Under the pieces are notes generated by a model. That model saw only the letters and a list, made by a program, of their open reading frames with translations, was not told the DNA's origin and did not search any database. Of a stretch of 36,395 nt of DNA, positions 8,144 to 17,558 are shown in pieces (the stretch's first letter is position 1; each line of letters begins with the position of its first letter). The DNA is from a virus. Taxonomy: Duplodnaviria > Caudoviricetes. The stretch lies in IMG/VR virus record IMGVR_UViG_3300033076_000590, positions 1-36,395 of that record, one strand, 5' to 3'. The translations under genes and the position numbers were made by a program.

Positions 8144-9326
8144 AGAACTCTATGCTCACGGCGAGCCGTTCGGTGATTGCGCCACACAGCGCAAGCTCGG
8201 CGGCGGTTATGTTTGCGGCGGTGGCGGCAAGGGCGGCTCATCGCCCGACTACGCCGGCGCTGCGCAAGCTCAAGGGCAAGCCTCGAAAGAGGTCACCAAC
8301 ATTCAGAACTGGGCGAACCGTCCAGATCAAAACACGCCTTGGGGCAAGACCAGCTGGTCGTCTGCGGCCGCGATTGATCCGGCCACAGGTCAAAACGTCA
8401 CAAAGTGGACGCAGAACACATCGCTCGATCCAACGCTGCAAAAGGCGCTGGATCAACAGTTCCAGATGCAGGAAGGGCGTTCTAGCTTGGCCAACAGTTT
8501 CATGGACCGCGTTGGCGATGCGTACAACAAGCCCATGACAAGCTACGACTCTGCTCCTGGCTACAGCGTGGCCAGCGCGCCAAAAGATTTGCGCACATCG
8601 TTCGGATACCGTGGCCCTCAGTTCAACCTGAACACCGGTGACAACCCCGCGTTGCCCACGGTCGACACGAATTACCGCAACCAGGTCGCGTCGCAGCTGA
8701 TGGAGCGCATGCAGCCAATCCATGAGCGCCAAGGCAACCAGCTGGAAACGCGACTTGCAAACCAAGGTCTTACTGTTGGCTCTGACGCCTACAAAACGGC
8801 CTTGGATCAACTGAACCAGCGCCAAGCTGCCGAGCGCTACAACGCGCTCGACACGGCCGGCCAAGAGGCTCAGCGTCTGTACAACATGCAGATGGGATCG
8901 CGTCAGCAAGCGTTCAACGAAGACCTGGGCACTGGCCAGTTCTACAACTCGGCCACTGGCCAGGAATACAACCAGAACCTCGGCTCTGCAAACTTTGGCA
9001 ACACAGCCAAGACAAACCAGTACAACTTAAACCGCCAACAGGCGCTCGATCAAAATCAGGTGCGTCAGGCAATGATTGCCGAGGAGATGCAAAAGCGTGC
9101 TCAAGCTCTCAACGAGATGAACGCGGTGATGAACGGCCAGCAAGTTGGCATGCCTCAAATGCCTAGCTTTGTGTCTGCCGCTCGCTCTGAGACGCCCGAC
9201 TACATCGGTGCTGCAAGTGCTCAAGGCCAAGCCAACTCCAACACGTTGGGCGGTCTGTTTGGCCTTGGTGGAACGCTGCTCGGTGCTAACACCGGCAGCA
9301 TTGCAGGAAAATTATTCGGATTTTGA
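8121..9326 (+). CDS. DNA ejection (internal virion) protein, P22 gp7-like
   Basis: N-terminal leader followed by CGGGGKGGSS.PDY, Q/N/A-rich helical body, Gly-rich hydrophobic C-terminus. Confidence 0.7.
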   Translation: MKKEWSRRELYAHGEPFGDCATQRKLGGGYVCGGGGKGGSSPDYAGAAQAQGQASKEVTNIQNWANRPDQNTPWGKTSWSSAAAIDPATGQNVTKWTQNTSLDPTLQKALDQQFQMQEGRSSLANSFMDRVGDAYNKPMTSYDSAPGYSVASAPKDLRTSFGYRGPQFNLNTGDNPALPTVDTNYRNQVASQLMERMQPIHERQGNQLETRLANQGLTVGSDAYKTALDQLNQRQAAERYNALDTAGQEAQRLYNMQMGSRQQAFNEDLGTGQFYNSATGQEYNQNLGSANFGNTAKTNQYNLNRQQALDQNQVRQAMIAEEMQKRAQALNEMNAVMNGQQVGMPQMPSFVSAARSETPDYIGAASAQGQANSNTLGGLFGLGGTLLGANTGSIAGKLFGF

Positions 9327-9694
9327 TGGGGGCTGAAATGAACAACGACGATTTGATGTTTGAGTATCTGATCCAGATGGGCGCAATGCGCCCAGAGGAG
9401 CTCGAGATGAAGCGCAAGCAGGCGCAAGTTGATGCGCTGCGTGAGGCCGGCTCGAGCGCCCCAGAGGGTCAGATGGTCGGCAAGTTCTTTGTGCCTCCAA
9501 GCTGGACGCAATACGCCAACCAGATGACCAAGGCTGCACTCGCAGGCGGTGGTCAACAGGAGTTGGATAAACAGACTCGCGGCTTCAACGATCGCCAGCG
9601 CCAGATGCTCGAGGAGATGCGCATGCGTCGTGGTTCGCAAGGCGTGAACCCAAACCCACGGCCAATGGTTTACGGGACCAGCGAAGGGGAATGA
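9323..9694 (+). CDS. Small probable ejection protein (start may be 9338)
   Basis: Coupled ORF within the ejection cluster. GQMVG..FV.PSWTQ motif. Confidence 0.65.
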   Translation: MMGAEMNNDDLMFEYLIQMGAMRPEELEMKRKQAQVDALREAGSSAPEGQMVGKFFVPPSWTQYANQMTKAALAGGGQQELDKQTRGFNDRQRQMLEEMRMRRGSQGVNPNPRPMVYGTSEGE

Positions 9695-10737
9695 ACATGG
9701 CCACGTTGCCCAACTCGATTGACGCGTACCGCACCCGTGCGGCCAACTTGTATCAGCAAGGCGCTGATATGTACAACTCCGCGCTCGATGCGCAAGAAGG
9801 TCAAGGCGAAAGCTCGATGCTCAACGCCCTGGCTGCGCAGTACGCGGGCGAAAACTTTCAGCCTGTGCAGGCTCAGTACCTCAAGAAGGCGATGGGCGCT
9901 GAGGACACCAAGTCCAAGCGCGCTGAGTTCTTGATGAGCCAAGCCAAGGCGTACGAGCAAATCGCGCAGTCCGCAGACACGGCACGCGAGCGCATGGCTG
10001 CAGAGCAGCAGTATCGCGCCATCATGGCCGGCATCGCTGGCATGAACGCGCAAACAAACCGCATGCGCGCAGAGCAAGGCGCCGGCGGTCACTTCACTCA
10101 GTCCGGCTACACGCCTGATGGCAAGCAGCTGGTGACCAACAACACCGGCATGAACTTTGTCTTGGAGCAGGGCGCTGGTGGCCAGCCGATTTACACGCCT
10201 TACACAGGCGCGTCTATTCCCAAGGCATCGTTTGAGAAAAGTGTTGTGGACGCGCAGGGCTTGCAAGGCACGGCTGCTCGAGCCGACGCGCTGGTCAAGC
10301 AGGTGGAGGAGAACCCCGCCGCGTTTGGCTTGCGTGGTGCGGCTGTGTCTGCGTTGCCAGGCGGTGCACAGGGCTACGCGGCCCGCGCTGTGGGCATGAC
10401 GCCAGAGCAGATGGAAGCTCGCGCAACTGTGCTGCGTCAAGCTGCGCAGGAAGTGAACGACCTGTACGGCGCTGCCTTGTCGATGCAAGAAAACGCCAAG
10501 GCTGCGACGTTCATTCCAAACGCAAGCGACGATCCCACCGCGATCATCACCAAGCTCAAAGCAGCCCGCGACTGGGCCAACAGCAAGCTCACCACAGGCC
10601 ACGCGCCTGGTGTTGTGAATGCTGCCAACGCACGCGCCGCTGCTCCTGCTACGAACCAAGACGCCGGCGGCGGTCTGTCTTTGGCAGAGCGCAACGAGCT
10701 GAACCGCTTGCGTCAAAAACACCGTGGAGGTGAGTGA
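9691..10737 (+). CDS. Probable ejection protein
   Basis: 348 aa, A/Q-rich helical, ATGA overlap, position in the cluster. Confidence 0.65.
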   Translation: MNMATLPNSIDAYRTRAANLYQQGADMYNSALDAQEGQGESSMLNALAAQYAGENFQPVQAQYLKKAMGAEDTKSKRAEFLMSQAKAYEQIAQSADTARERMAAEQQYRAIMAGIAGMNAQTNRMRAEQGAGGHFTQSGYTPDGKQLVTNNTGMNFVLEQGAGGQPIYTPYTGASIPKASFEKSVVDAQGLQGTAARADALVKQVEENPAAFGLRGAAVSALPGGAQGYAARAVGMTPEQMEARATVLRQAAQEVNDLYGAALSMQENAKAATFIPNASDDPTAIITKLKAARDWANSKLTTGHAPGVVNAANARAAAPATNQDAGGGLSLAERNELNRLRQKHRGGE

Positions 10738-12473
10738 TGGACCCACGCCAAGAACTTGAAGAACTGCGACGCCTTGATGAGCTTGAGCGCAAGCTCGCCT
10801 CTCAAGATCTTGGCGAAGTTCGCAAGCAAAAAGAGAAAGCCCTGGCCGACGCGTACGCCGGCGAAGACGTTTCCAAGATGGGCGCGCTCATGCGTGGTGT
10901 GGGTGGCGCAAAGGCCGCCTGGGACACCGCCGCAATGGGCCTCAAGGGCATGGTCACTGACCTGAACCCTGAAGACCAGGCGTTGCTCGATCAGGGCAAA
11001 GCATTCTTGAAGCATGCAGGCACGGCCGGCACTGTCGGCAACGTGGCCGGTGATGTGGCCATGACTGCGGCCCCAGCGTTGCGAGCACAGCAAGGCATTG
11101 TGGCTGGCGCAAAGTACCTTCCACGGGCCGCTCAGTGGCTCGGCAGCAGCATTCCTGCAGCCGCAGGCGCAGGCGCTGTCACAGGCGCCGCGTTGGCGCC
11201 AGAAGACCGCACAGGTGCTGCCCTTGGTGGCGCTGCCGGCGGTGCTCTTGGCGAGGGCGTGGGCAAGGTGCTCACAAAGAGTTTGGGCGGCCTGGTTTCC
11301 GGCCGTGTCACACCAGAAGCTCGCCAGATCATGGACCAGGGCGCGTTTGTTCCCATGTGGAAGGCGACCGACAGCAAGGTCTTGCGCAACGCCGCAGAGC
11401 GCGCCAAAGCGCTGCCTGTGGCCGGCAGCCTGATCAAGGGCCAGGAGCGCGCAGGCATCGAGTCGTGGAACAAGGTTCTCACCAAAGAGGCCACGCCTCC
11501 CATGCCAGTGCTCGATGACGCAGGCAACGTGCTGCGCTGGGAAAGCAAGCCCGTAACAGAGATCGGCCACAAGGGCCTGAACGAGCTGGATCAGCGTTTC
11601 AACGACGCATACGGCGCGCTGTATGGCAACCGTGGCGTGCCTGTGGACGACGTGTTCAACCAAGAGATCGGCAGCCTGGTGCAGGGTGTCGAGCGCTACT
11701 ACCCAAGCGAGGCCGCGTCTGTGCAAGGCATCGTCAACAAGGTAGTGGACACGCTCACCGCGCCCGTGCAGGAGACGGTCACCAAGACCGGCGGCAACGC
11801 TGTCGGCAAGGGCGCTGTGTCATCCAAGGCCACCACACCGATCGTCACCACCACAGAGCCTGGCCGCGAAGTGGTCAGCTACCAGTCTGTCAAGACCGCG
11901 CTCGAGGAGGTCAACAAGGCCATCGACGGCGCATGGAAGGCCGGCAACTCTGACAAGGCCGAGGCATTGAGCGCGCTGCGCACGTCCCTCGAGTCGATGC
12001 GCACTCGCGGCCTGCCACCTGAAGTGCAGGCGATGGGCGGCGACATCAACAAGGCATACGCCAAGTTCAAGACGTTGGAGCGCGCAGCCGGATCGCTGGG
12101 TGCACAGAAGGCCGGCGCTGTCGTCACGCCTTCGCAGCAGCTCAACTCAATCAAGGCACGCGATCGCTCGCCAGGCAAGTCGGCGTTTGCTCGAGGCAAC
12201 GCACCTGGCCAACGCCAAGCGCTGACGGCCAACGACGTGTACGGCAGCGAGCTGCCTGACGTTGGACCAGGCACAGCAGAGAAGCTGCTGCCATTGATTG
12301 GTTTTGGCTTGCCGATGATTGGCGCCGATATGGGCGCGACTGCGCTGCTTGGCACGCAGACAGGGCAGAAGTTCCTGATGGGCCAGTTACCTGGTCAAGC
12401 AGGTATCAGACAATATGGAAATCAGTACCTTGTGCCCGCGCTGCGCGCTTACGGTACTGCGATAGGCGATTAA
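10734..12473 (+). CDS. Probable ejection protein with Gly/Ala-rich membrane-spanning segments
   Basis: 579 aa, AAAGAGAVTGAALA and GAALGGAAGGALG segments, last gene before the fibres. Confidence 0.65.
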   Translation: MMDPRQELEELRRLDELERKLASQDLGEVRKQKEKALADAYAGEDVSKMGALMRGVGGAKAAWDTAAMGLKGMVTDLNPEDQALLDQGKAFLKHAGTAGTVGNVAGDVAMTAAPALRAQQGIVAGAKYLPRAAQWLGSSIPAAAGAGAVTGAALAPEDRTGAALGGAAGGALGEGVGKVLTKSLGGLVSGRVTPEARQIMDQGAFVPMWKATDSKVLRNAAERAKALPVAGSLIKGQERAGIESWNKVLTKEATPPMPVLDDAGNVLRWESKPVTEIGHKGLNELDQRFNDAYGALYGNRGVPVDDVFNQEIGSLVQGVERYYPSEAASVQGIVNKVVDTLTAPVQETVTKTGGNAVGKGAVSSKATTPIVTTTEPGREVVSYQSVKTALEEVNKAIDGAWKAGNSDKAEALSALRTSLESMRTRGLPPEVQAMGGDINKAYAKFKTLERAAGSLGAQKAGAVVTPSQQLNSIKARDRSPGKSAFARGNAPGQRQALTANDVYGSELPDVGPGTAEKLLPLIGFGLPMIGADMGATALLGTQTGQKFLMGQLPGQAGIRQYGNQYLVPALRAYGTAIGD

Positions 12474-12485
12474 GGAGAACGCAAG

Positions 12486-13451
12486 ATGTCACGCAACAGT
12501 TCAGGAACATACACGCTGCCCTCGGGCAACCCGGTCGTCACCGGCACGCTCATCGAGTCGAGCTGGGCCAACAACACGCTGTCAGATCTCGCGTCTGCAA
12601 TGACCGACTCGCTGTCGCGTTCTGGCCAGGGCGGTATGACGTTCGCGCTGCGTGGCGTTGACGGCACAAATACGACGCCCGCGTACTCGTTCACTGCTGA
12701 AACCTCGAGCGGCTTCTACCGCGCCGGTGCTGGCGACATTCGTGTTGCGATTCTCGGAACAGATAGAGTAAAGGTCACCGCGTCCGGCATGGACGTGACG
12801 GCCGACAACTTAAACGTCACTTCTTCCACTGCGTACTACCCGCAGCTGAACACGAAGAACAAGACAGCTGACGCGAATGCCGCGTACCACGTCTTTGACA
12901 AGGACCGCAACGGAGCGATCGTTCAAAACGCTGACGTGTTGGGCAACGTCGTGTTCCGAGGCTACGACGGCGCGAACTACTTGCAGGGCGCGTCAATCAA
13001 CGCTGCAGTGGATGGCACTCCAGGCACGAACGACATGCCGACCAAGCTGGTGTTCGCGACCACTGCTGATGGTGCGTCGTCACCAACAGAGCGTATGTCG
13101 ATCAGCAACGCCGGCACTGTTGCTTTGCAAAACGACTATCAGGAAAAAGCCTACACGGCCAACACCAGCACAGGCCTGACGATCAGCCTTGCCAACGGCA
13201 CGGTGCAGATCCTCACGCTGACTGCCACGACAACACTCACGATGCCGACCGCAGTGGCCGGCAAGTCGTTTGTGATCTATCTGAAGCAAGACGGAACAGG
13301 CTCGCGCACTGTGACGTGGACGACTGTGAAGTGGCCTGGTGGCACTGCGCCAACGATCACAAGCACGGCCAGCAAGATGGACATCTATTCGTTCTTCAGC
13401 GACGGCACGAACTGGTACGGCGTCACTGTTGGCCAGAACTACACACCTTAA
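12486..13451 (+). CDS. Tail fibre protein (proximal/anchor)
   Basis: N-terminus MSRNSSGTYTLP.GNPVV.GT.I.S.WAN.T..D typical of fibre anchors. C-terminal QDGTGSRTVTW...WPGGTAP domain. T/S/G-rich. Confidence 0.8.
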   Translation: MSRNSSGTYTLPSGNPVVTGTLIESSWANNTLSDLASAMTDSLSRSGQGGMTFALRGVDGTNTTPAYSFTAETSSGFYRAGAGDIRVAILGTDRVKVTASGMDVTADNLNVTSSTAYYPQLNTKNKTADANAAYHVFDKDRNGAIVQNADVLGNVVFRGYDGANYLQGASINAAVDGTPGTNDMPTKLVFATTADGASSPTERMSISNAGTVALQNDYQEKAYTANTSTGLTISLANGTVQILTLTATTTLTMPTAVAGKSFVIYLKQDGTGSRTVTWTTVKWPGGTAPTITSTASKMDIYSFFSDGTNWYGVTVGQNYTP

Positions 13452-13461
13452 GGATTGACCG

Positions 13462-15432
13462 ATGTTTGCTGCTTCTAAAGTCGCCGGGGCTGCCTCTGGT
13501 CCCGCCACCTACATCGAGGACGTGTTCTCGACGTACGTTTATGCGGGTAATGGTTCTACGCAGACGATCACCAACAACATTGACCTATCTACCAAAGGCG
13601 GTTTGGTTTGGATTAAGAAGCGTAGTTCTAGCGTACAGGGCGACAACGTGCTGACTGATACTGCGCAAGGTCTGACCAAAACGCTTGTATCAAACTCAAC
13701 AGCCGCGGCTGCAAACTACAACGGCATTTCCTCGTTTTCTTCTTCTGGTTTTGCGCTGACTAGCGATGCGTATTTCAACGCCAACTCGGCTGGGTACGCC
13801 TCATGGACATTCCGCAAGCAGCCTAAGTTCTTTGATGTTGTGACTTATACAGGGACAGGATCAGTACAAAACATCTCTCACAACTTAGGCTCTGCGCCAG
13901 GTTTCATTGTCGTGAAAAAGACAAACACGACAAGCAGTTGGATGGTGTATCACCGATCTTTGGGTGCTGCGAATGGCATGTATTTGCAAACAACAAGCGC
14001 ATCATTTTCCGCGACGACGTTTTGGAACAGCACAGACCCAACTTCTTCTGTGTTTACAGTCGGAACAAGCAGCGAGACTAACGGGTCTGGAGACACTTAC
14101 GTCGCCTACATCTTCGCCCATGACGCAGGCGGCTTCGGCTTAACTGGCACAGACAATGTGATTAGCTGTGGGTCGTTTGTGCAAGACATAAATGGGGATG
14201 CAACTATAGATTTGGGATATGAACCTCAATACCTGCTAATTAAATGTGCAACAGACGTAAGCAATTGGTTTCAATTTGACAACACAAAGGGGATGCCAGT
14301 TACTCAAGCGTCCGCAATATTGTTCCCTAACACCAACGACTCTGAAACAACCACCTCGGTGGTGCGACTGACCTCCACAGGGTTTAAATCTATTGGTTGG
14401 AATAATTTAGCCTCGCAAACCATGGTGTATATCGCCGTACGTCGTGGGCCAATGCGAACTCCTACGGTTGGCACATCGGTGTTTCAACCTGTTGCCTATA
14501 CAGGCACGAACGTAGACAACCGATTGGTTAATACAACGATTCGCGCAGATATGGCCATTGCACGTATTCGTTCTACTTCGTCCTCTGGTCCTTTTTATGT
14601 TGCCGAGCGTTTGCGTGGTAGCTACTCGTTGGCCACAGGACTTAGCGCTATAGAAAATACCGACGCAGACTCGTTTATGACGCCTACTGTCGGTTATGGC
14701 AATTCGTTTTCTGCAATGAACGGGTTTGGTGTTGGTAATGACGTCACGCGCCAGCTTAACCAATCATCAACGGCTCAACTTGCGTACGCGTTCCAACGCG
14801 CTCCCGGCTTCTTTGATGAAGTCTGTTACACGGGTAATGGGTCAACAACTCAAGCCATTGCTCACAACCTAAAAGTTACTCCAGAGCTAATCATTATTAA
14901 ATCTTTTTCTCCGGTAATCAACGAAGCAAACTGGATCGTGTACGCCCAACCTTTGGGTACTTCGTACATTTTGCAGCTAATGAACGCCAACGAAAAAATT
15001 AACACGTTCTTACCGTTCTCCGCTATCAATAGTTCTACGTTTAGTATTGCCTATGGAACTGGGTCAAATAGTGGGTTGAGCGGTAACACCAACGGATACA
15101 GGTACGTCGCTTACTTGTTTGCTTCTTGCCCTGGCGTTTCTAAGGTAGGCAGCTACACAGGCACGGGAGCAACGCAAACCATTGATTGTGGTTTCACAAG
15201 CGGCGCACGGTACGTGATGATCAAACGCACTGACGTAGCTGGTGGTTGGTACGTGTGGGATACGGCGCGCGGTATGACCGCCGGGACCAATCCTTCTTTG
15301 CAATATGACGCCAATGCCGCAGAGGTGAACGCGAATTCTGTTTACACCACCTCTGTAGGGTTCCAAATCGTTAGCACCGCCTCCGGCATCAATGCGTCCG
15401 GCGGTTCATACATCTATCACGCAATCGCATAA
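13462..15432 (+). CDS. Tail fibre / receptor-binding protein with repeated beta domains
   Basis: About six repeats of Y.G.G....I.H.L...P...IIK...W. Lower GC than its flanks. Followed by a fibre chaperone. Confidence 0.75.
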   Translation: MFAASKVAGAASGPATYIEDVFSTYVYAGNGSTQTITNNIDLSTKGGLVWIKKRSSSVQGDNVLTDTAQGLTKTLVSNSTAAAANYNGISSFSSSGFALTSDAYFNANSAGYASWTFRKQPKFFDVVTYTGTGSVQNISHNLGSAPGFIVVKKTNTTSSWMVYHRSLGAANGMYLQTTSASFSATTFWNSTDPTSSVFTVGTSSETNGSGDTYVAYIFAHDAGGFGLTGTDNVISCGSFVQDINGDATIDLGYEPQYLLIKCATDVSNWFQFDNTKGMPVTQASAILFPNTNDSETTTSVVRLTSTGFKSIGWNNLASQTMVYIAVRRGPMRTPTVGTSVFQPVAYTGTNVDNRLVNTTIRADMAIARIRSTSSSGPFYVAERLRGSYSLATGLSAIENTDADSFMTPTVGYGNSFSAMNGFGVGNDVTRQLNQSSTAQLAYAFQRAPGFFDEVCYTGNGSTTQAIAHNLKVTPELIIIKSFSPVINEANWIVYAQPLGTSYILQLMNANEKINTFLPFSAINSSTFSIAYGTGSNSGLSGNTNGYRYVAYLFASCPGVSKVGSYTGTGATQTIDCGFTSGARYVMIKRTDVAGGWYVWDTARGMTAGTNPSLQYDANAAEVNANSVYTTSVGFQIVSTASGINASGGSYIYHAIA

Positions 15433-15441
15433 GGGGAAATC

Positions 15442-15882
15442 ATGGAAATCAGAATCAGAGAATCAGGCCAGGTGATGTACGAGAGCGAGTTCCGCGCTCT
15501 CCACCCTGACACATCGTTCCCACAGCAGCTGACAGTTGAACTGCTTGACGCGTTCGGCGCTGACCCAGTGCTCGAGGGACCTCAAGCTCAACCAACGCGC
15601 TACCAAACAGTGTTCCGCGATGGCGTCGAGCAAATCGATGGCCAATGGTTCACGAAGTACAGCGTGGCCGACATGGACGCCGAGGCAATCGCGGCCCTTG
15701 ATGCTGCCCAAGCTGATGCGGTTCGCGCATCACGCAACGAAAAGCTCAAGGCCTGCGACTGGACCCAGCTGACAGACGCGCCAGTGAACGGCGCCGCCTG
15801 GGCCACCTATCGCCAAGCACTGCGCGACATCTCAACTCAAGCCGGTTTCCCTTGGGACATCGAGTGGCCTGTTGCTCCATGA
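15442..15882 (+). CDS. Tail fibre assembly chaperone
   Basis: RN..L...DWTQL.DAP....W..YRQALRDI..Q.GFP..I.WP..P signature. Confidence 0.88.
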   Translation: MEIRIRESGQVMYESEFRALHPDTSFPQQLTVELLDAFGADPVLEGPQAQPTRYQTVFRDGVEQIDGQWFTKYSVADMDAEAIAALDAAQADAVRASRNEKLKACDWTQLTDAPVNGAAWATYRQALRDISTQAGFPWDIEWPVAP

Positions 15883-15890
15883 GGTGACGC

Positions 15891-16100
15891 ATGGAAGCAG
15901 GTGAAATCGACCCAGTGCGCTACGGCGTTCTTTGGGAGCGCGTCCAGAACATGGACAAGAAGATCGACAAGATGGAGGGCCAGATCGAGGAGCTGCTTGA
16001 GCTTGCCAACAGAGGCAAGGGCGGGCTGTGGTTCGGCATGACTGTCGTGTCTGCGATGTCTGGCCTGATCGGCTTCGCGATCGCTTGGTTCAAGCGGTGA
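15891..16100 (+). CDS. Small coiled-coil plus C-terminal TM protein (XhlA/holin-associated-like)
   Basis: GAGGTG RBS, coiled coil, then NRGKGGLW and one hydrophobic helix. Confidence 0.7.
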   Translation: MEAGEIDPVRYGVLWERVQNMDKKIDKMEGQIEELLELANRGKGGLWFGMTVVSAMSGLIGFAIAWFKR

Positions 16101-16101
16101 T

Positions 16102-16890
16102 GTGGGACCAGAGTTCTATGCCGCGTTCCAAGTTGCCAAGCTGGCTCTTGCGGGCATTCGCTCTTGCGTTGACATGCTCAACGAAGGCAAGGGAGAGCTT
16201 CAAGCTGTTACTGGCGAAATCAAGCAAGGCGTCGAGTCTGCAAAAGCCATCTACGGCGAAGTCACTGGGTTCTGGTCTTGGCTCAAACAGCTCTTTGGCG
16301 GTGGATCAAGCAAGCCAACACATGGAGCAGTTCTTCCAAGCCCAGCAACAACTGCAACAAGCAGTGAGCCAGCAAAGCAAGAAGTCAAGCGAGCCAAAAA
16401 GCAAGTCCAAGAAGGCCCCACCGAAGACGAAGTCATCGAGCAGTTCCTCACGCACTTCACCAACTTTGTCGAAGCGCAAACCACGATCCTCGACACCATC
16501 GAAGACGAGCGGGACAAAATCCTGAACGTCTGGAATCCAAAGCAAAACAACAGGAGGGCTGCGATTGATTTGATTCGCTACGAGCGCCGCATCAATGACA
16601 TGGCAATGGAATTGTCTGAGCTGATGACGGGAGCACCAAGAAAACTTGGCTCTGTGCGTGAGCAATTTTCTGAAAAGCTCGATGAGGTTCGAGATGCACA
16701 AAGCAGAGCCAGGGAGCGGTTCAGAGTCAAGAAGCTGCAAGAAGCATGGCAACGCGACCTTCTACGCAATCATCGTATCGATCGAGCGGTGTCGTCGGTA
16801 ACAGTGCTGCTAGTTCTTCTGTGGATTTGGGCAACGCTTCTATCGCTCGGATGGCTCGCGAAGACACCAGATGGTTTGTCGCTGCCGTAA
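16102..16890 (+). CDS. Membrane-anchored protein of the lysis region
   Basis: 262 aa, amphipathic N-terminus, coiled coil, C-terminal TM (VTVLLVLLWIWATLLSLGWL). GTG start follows the upstream stop. Confidence 0.7.
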   Translation: MGPEFYAAFQVAKLALAGIRSCVDMLNEGKGELQAVTGEIKQGVESAKAIYGEVTGFWSWLKQLFGGGSSKPTHGAVLPSPATTATSSEPAKQEVKRAKKQVQEGPTEDEVIEQFLTHFTNFVEAQTTILDTIEDERDKILNVWNPKQNNRRAAIDLIRYERRINDMAMELSELMTGAPRKLGSVREQFSEKLDEVRDAQSRARERFRVKKLQEAWQRDLLRNHRIDRAVSSVTVLLVLLWIWATLLSLGWLAKTPDGLSLP

Positions 16891-17054
16891 TCGTTCTGAG
16901 CTTGGTGTTGTTTTTGGCGTTGCCGTTGTCAGTGCTGGTGCTGGTGGATCACATGAGATTCAAGTCCGAGATTCGCGCCGAGTCGCGTTCAGAGGTGAAA
17001 AAGATGCGTGAGCTGCGCAAGCAGCTCGAAGAGGAAGTAAAGAAGGAGAAGTAA
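16746..17054 (+). CDS. TM plus coiled-coil protein overlapping the upstream gene (i-spanin-like topology)
   Basis: WFVAAVIVLSLVLFLALPLSVLVLV then a charged coiled coil. Stop abuts the next ATG. Start uncertain (16746 or 16851). Confidence 0.6.
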   Translation: MATRPSTQSSYRSSGVVGNSAASSSVDLGNASIARMAREDTRWFVAAVIVLSLVLFLALPLSVLVLVDHMRFKSEIRAESRSEVKKMRELRKQLEEEVKKEK

Positions 17055-17558
17055 ATGCTGTCACTGTTTTCCACCCTCGGGGGTCTGCTGATTTCCGGCC
17101 TGCCCAAGTTGCTCGAGCTGTTCCAGAGCAAGGCAGACCAGGCACATGAGCGCGAGATGGCGCGCATTCAAACCGAGCGCGAGTTGCAGTTGGCGGCCGC
17201 CGGGTTTGCCGCGCAGGCCAAGGTCGAGGAGATCCGCACCGACCAGGTCAGCATCCAGGCAGACGCGGCCATGACGCAGGCGGCCTACGCGCATGACGCC
17301 AAGGTGCTTGAGAAGGCAGCCGGCTGGGCGTCCACGATGGTGGCCACCGTTCGCCCCATCACCACCTACATCTTTGTGCTCGAGCTGGCGTTCATCAACG
17401 TGGGCCTTGGATGGTACGTCTGGACGCACCCCGACATGATCAAGACTGTTGAGGACCTGGTGAAGGTCGGCAACGAGATCTTCAGCGAGGACGAGATGTC
17501 CATGCTGGGCGCGATCATCGGCTACTGGTTCGGCTCTCGCGGCTGGAGCAAGAAGTGA
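17055..17558 (+). CDS. Putative holin
   Basis: Hydrophobic N-terminus, VRP..TY and GYWFGSR motifs, 2-3 TM segments, directly upstream of the endolysin. Confidence 0.7.
   Translation: MLSLFSTLGGLLISGLPKLLELFQSKADQAHEREMARIQTERELQLAAAGFAAQAKVEEIRTDQVSIQADAAMTQAAYAHDAKVLEKAAGWASTMVATVRPITTYIFVLELAFINVGLGWYVWTHPDMIKTVEDLVKVGNEIFSEDEMSMLGAIIGYWFGSRGWSKK

Noticed and set aside
13462-15432. Diversity-generating retroelement target
   Set aside because: No reverse transcriptase and no near-identical template/variable repeat pair seen.
16100-16525. Overprinted ORF (TGATG-coupled) as an embedded o-spanin
   Set aside because: ALTC is not a valid lipobox, the hydrophobic stretch is short, and the S/K/Q-rich composition fits a shadow frame.
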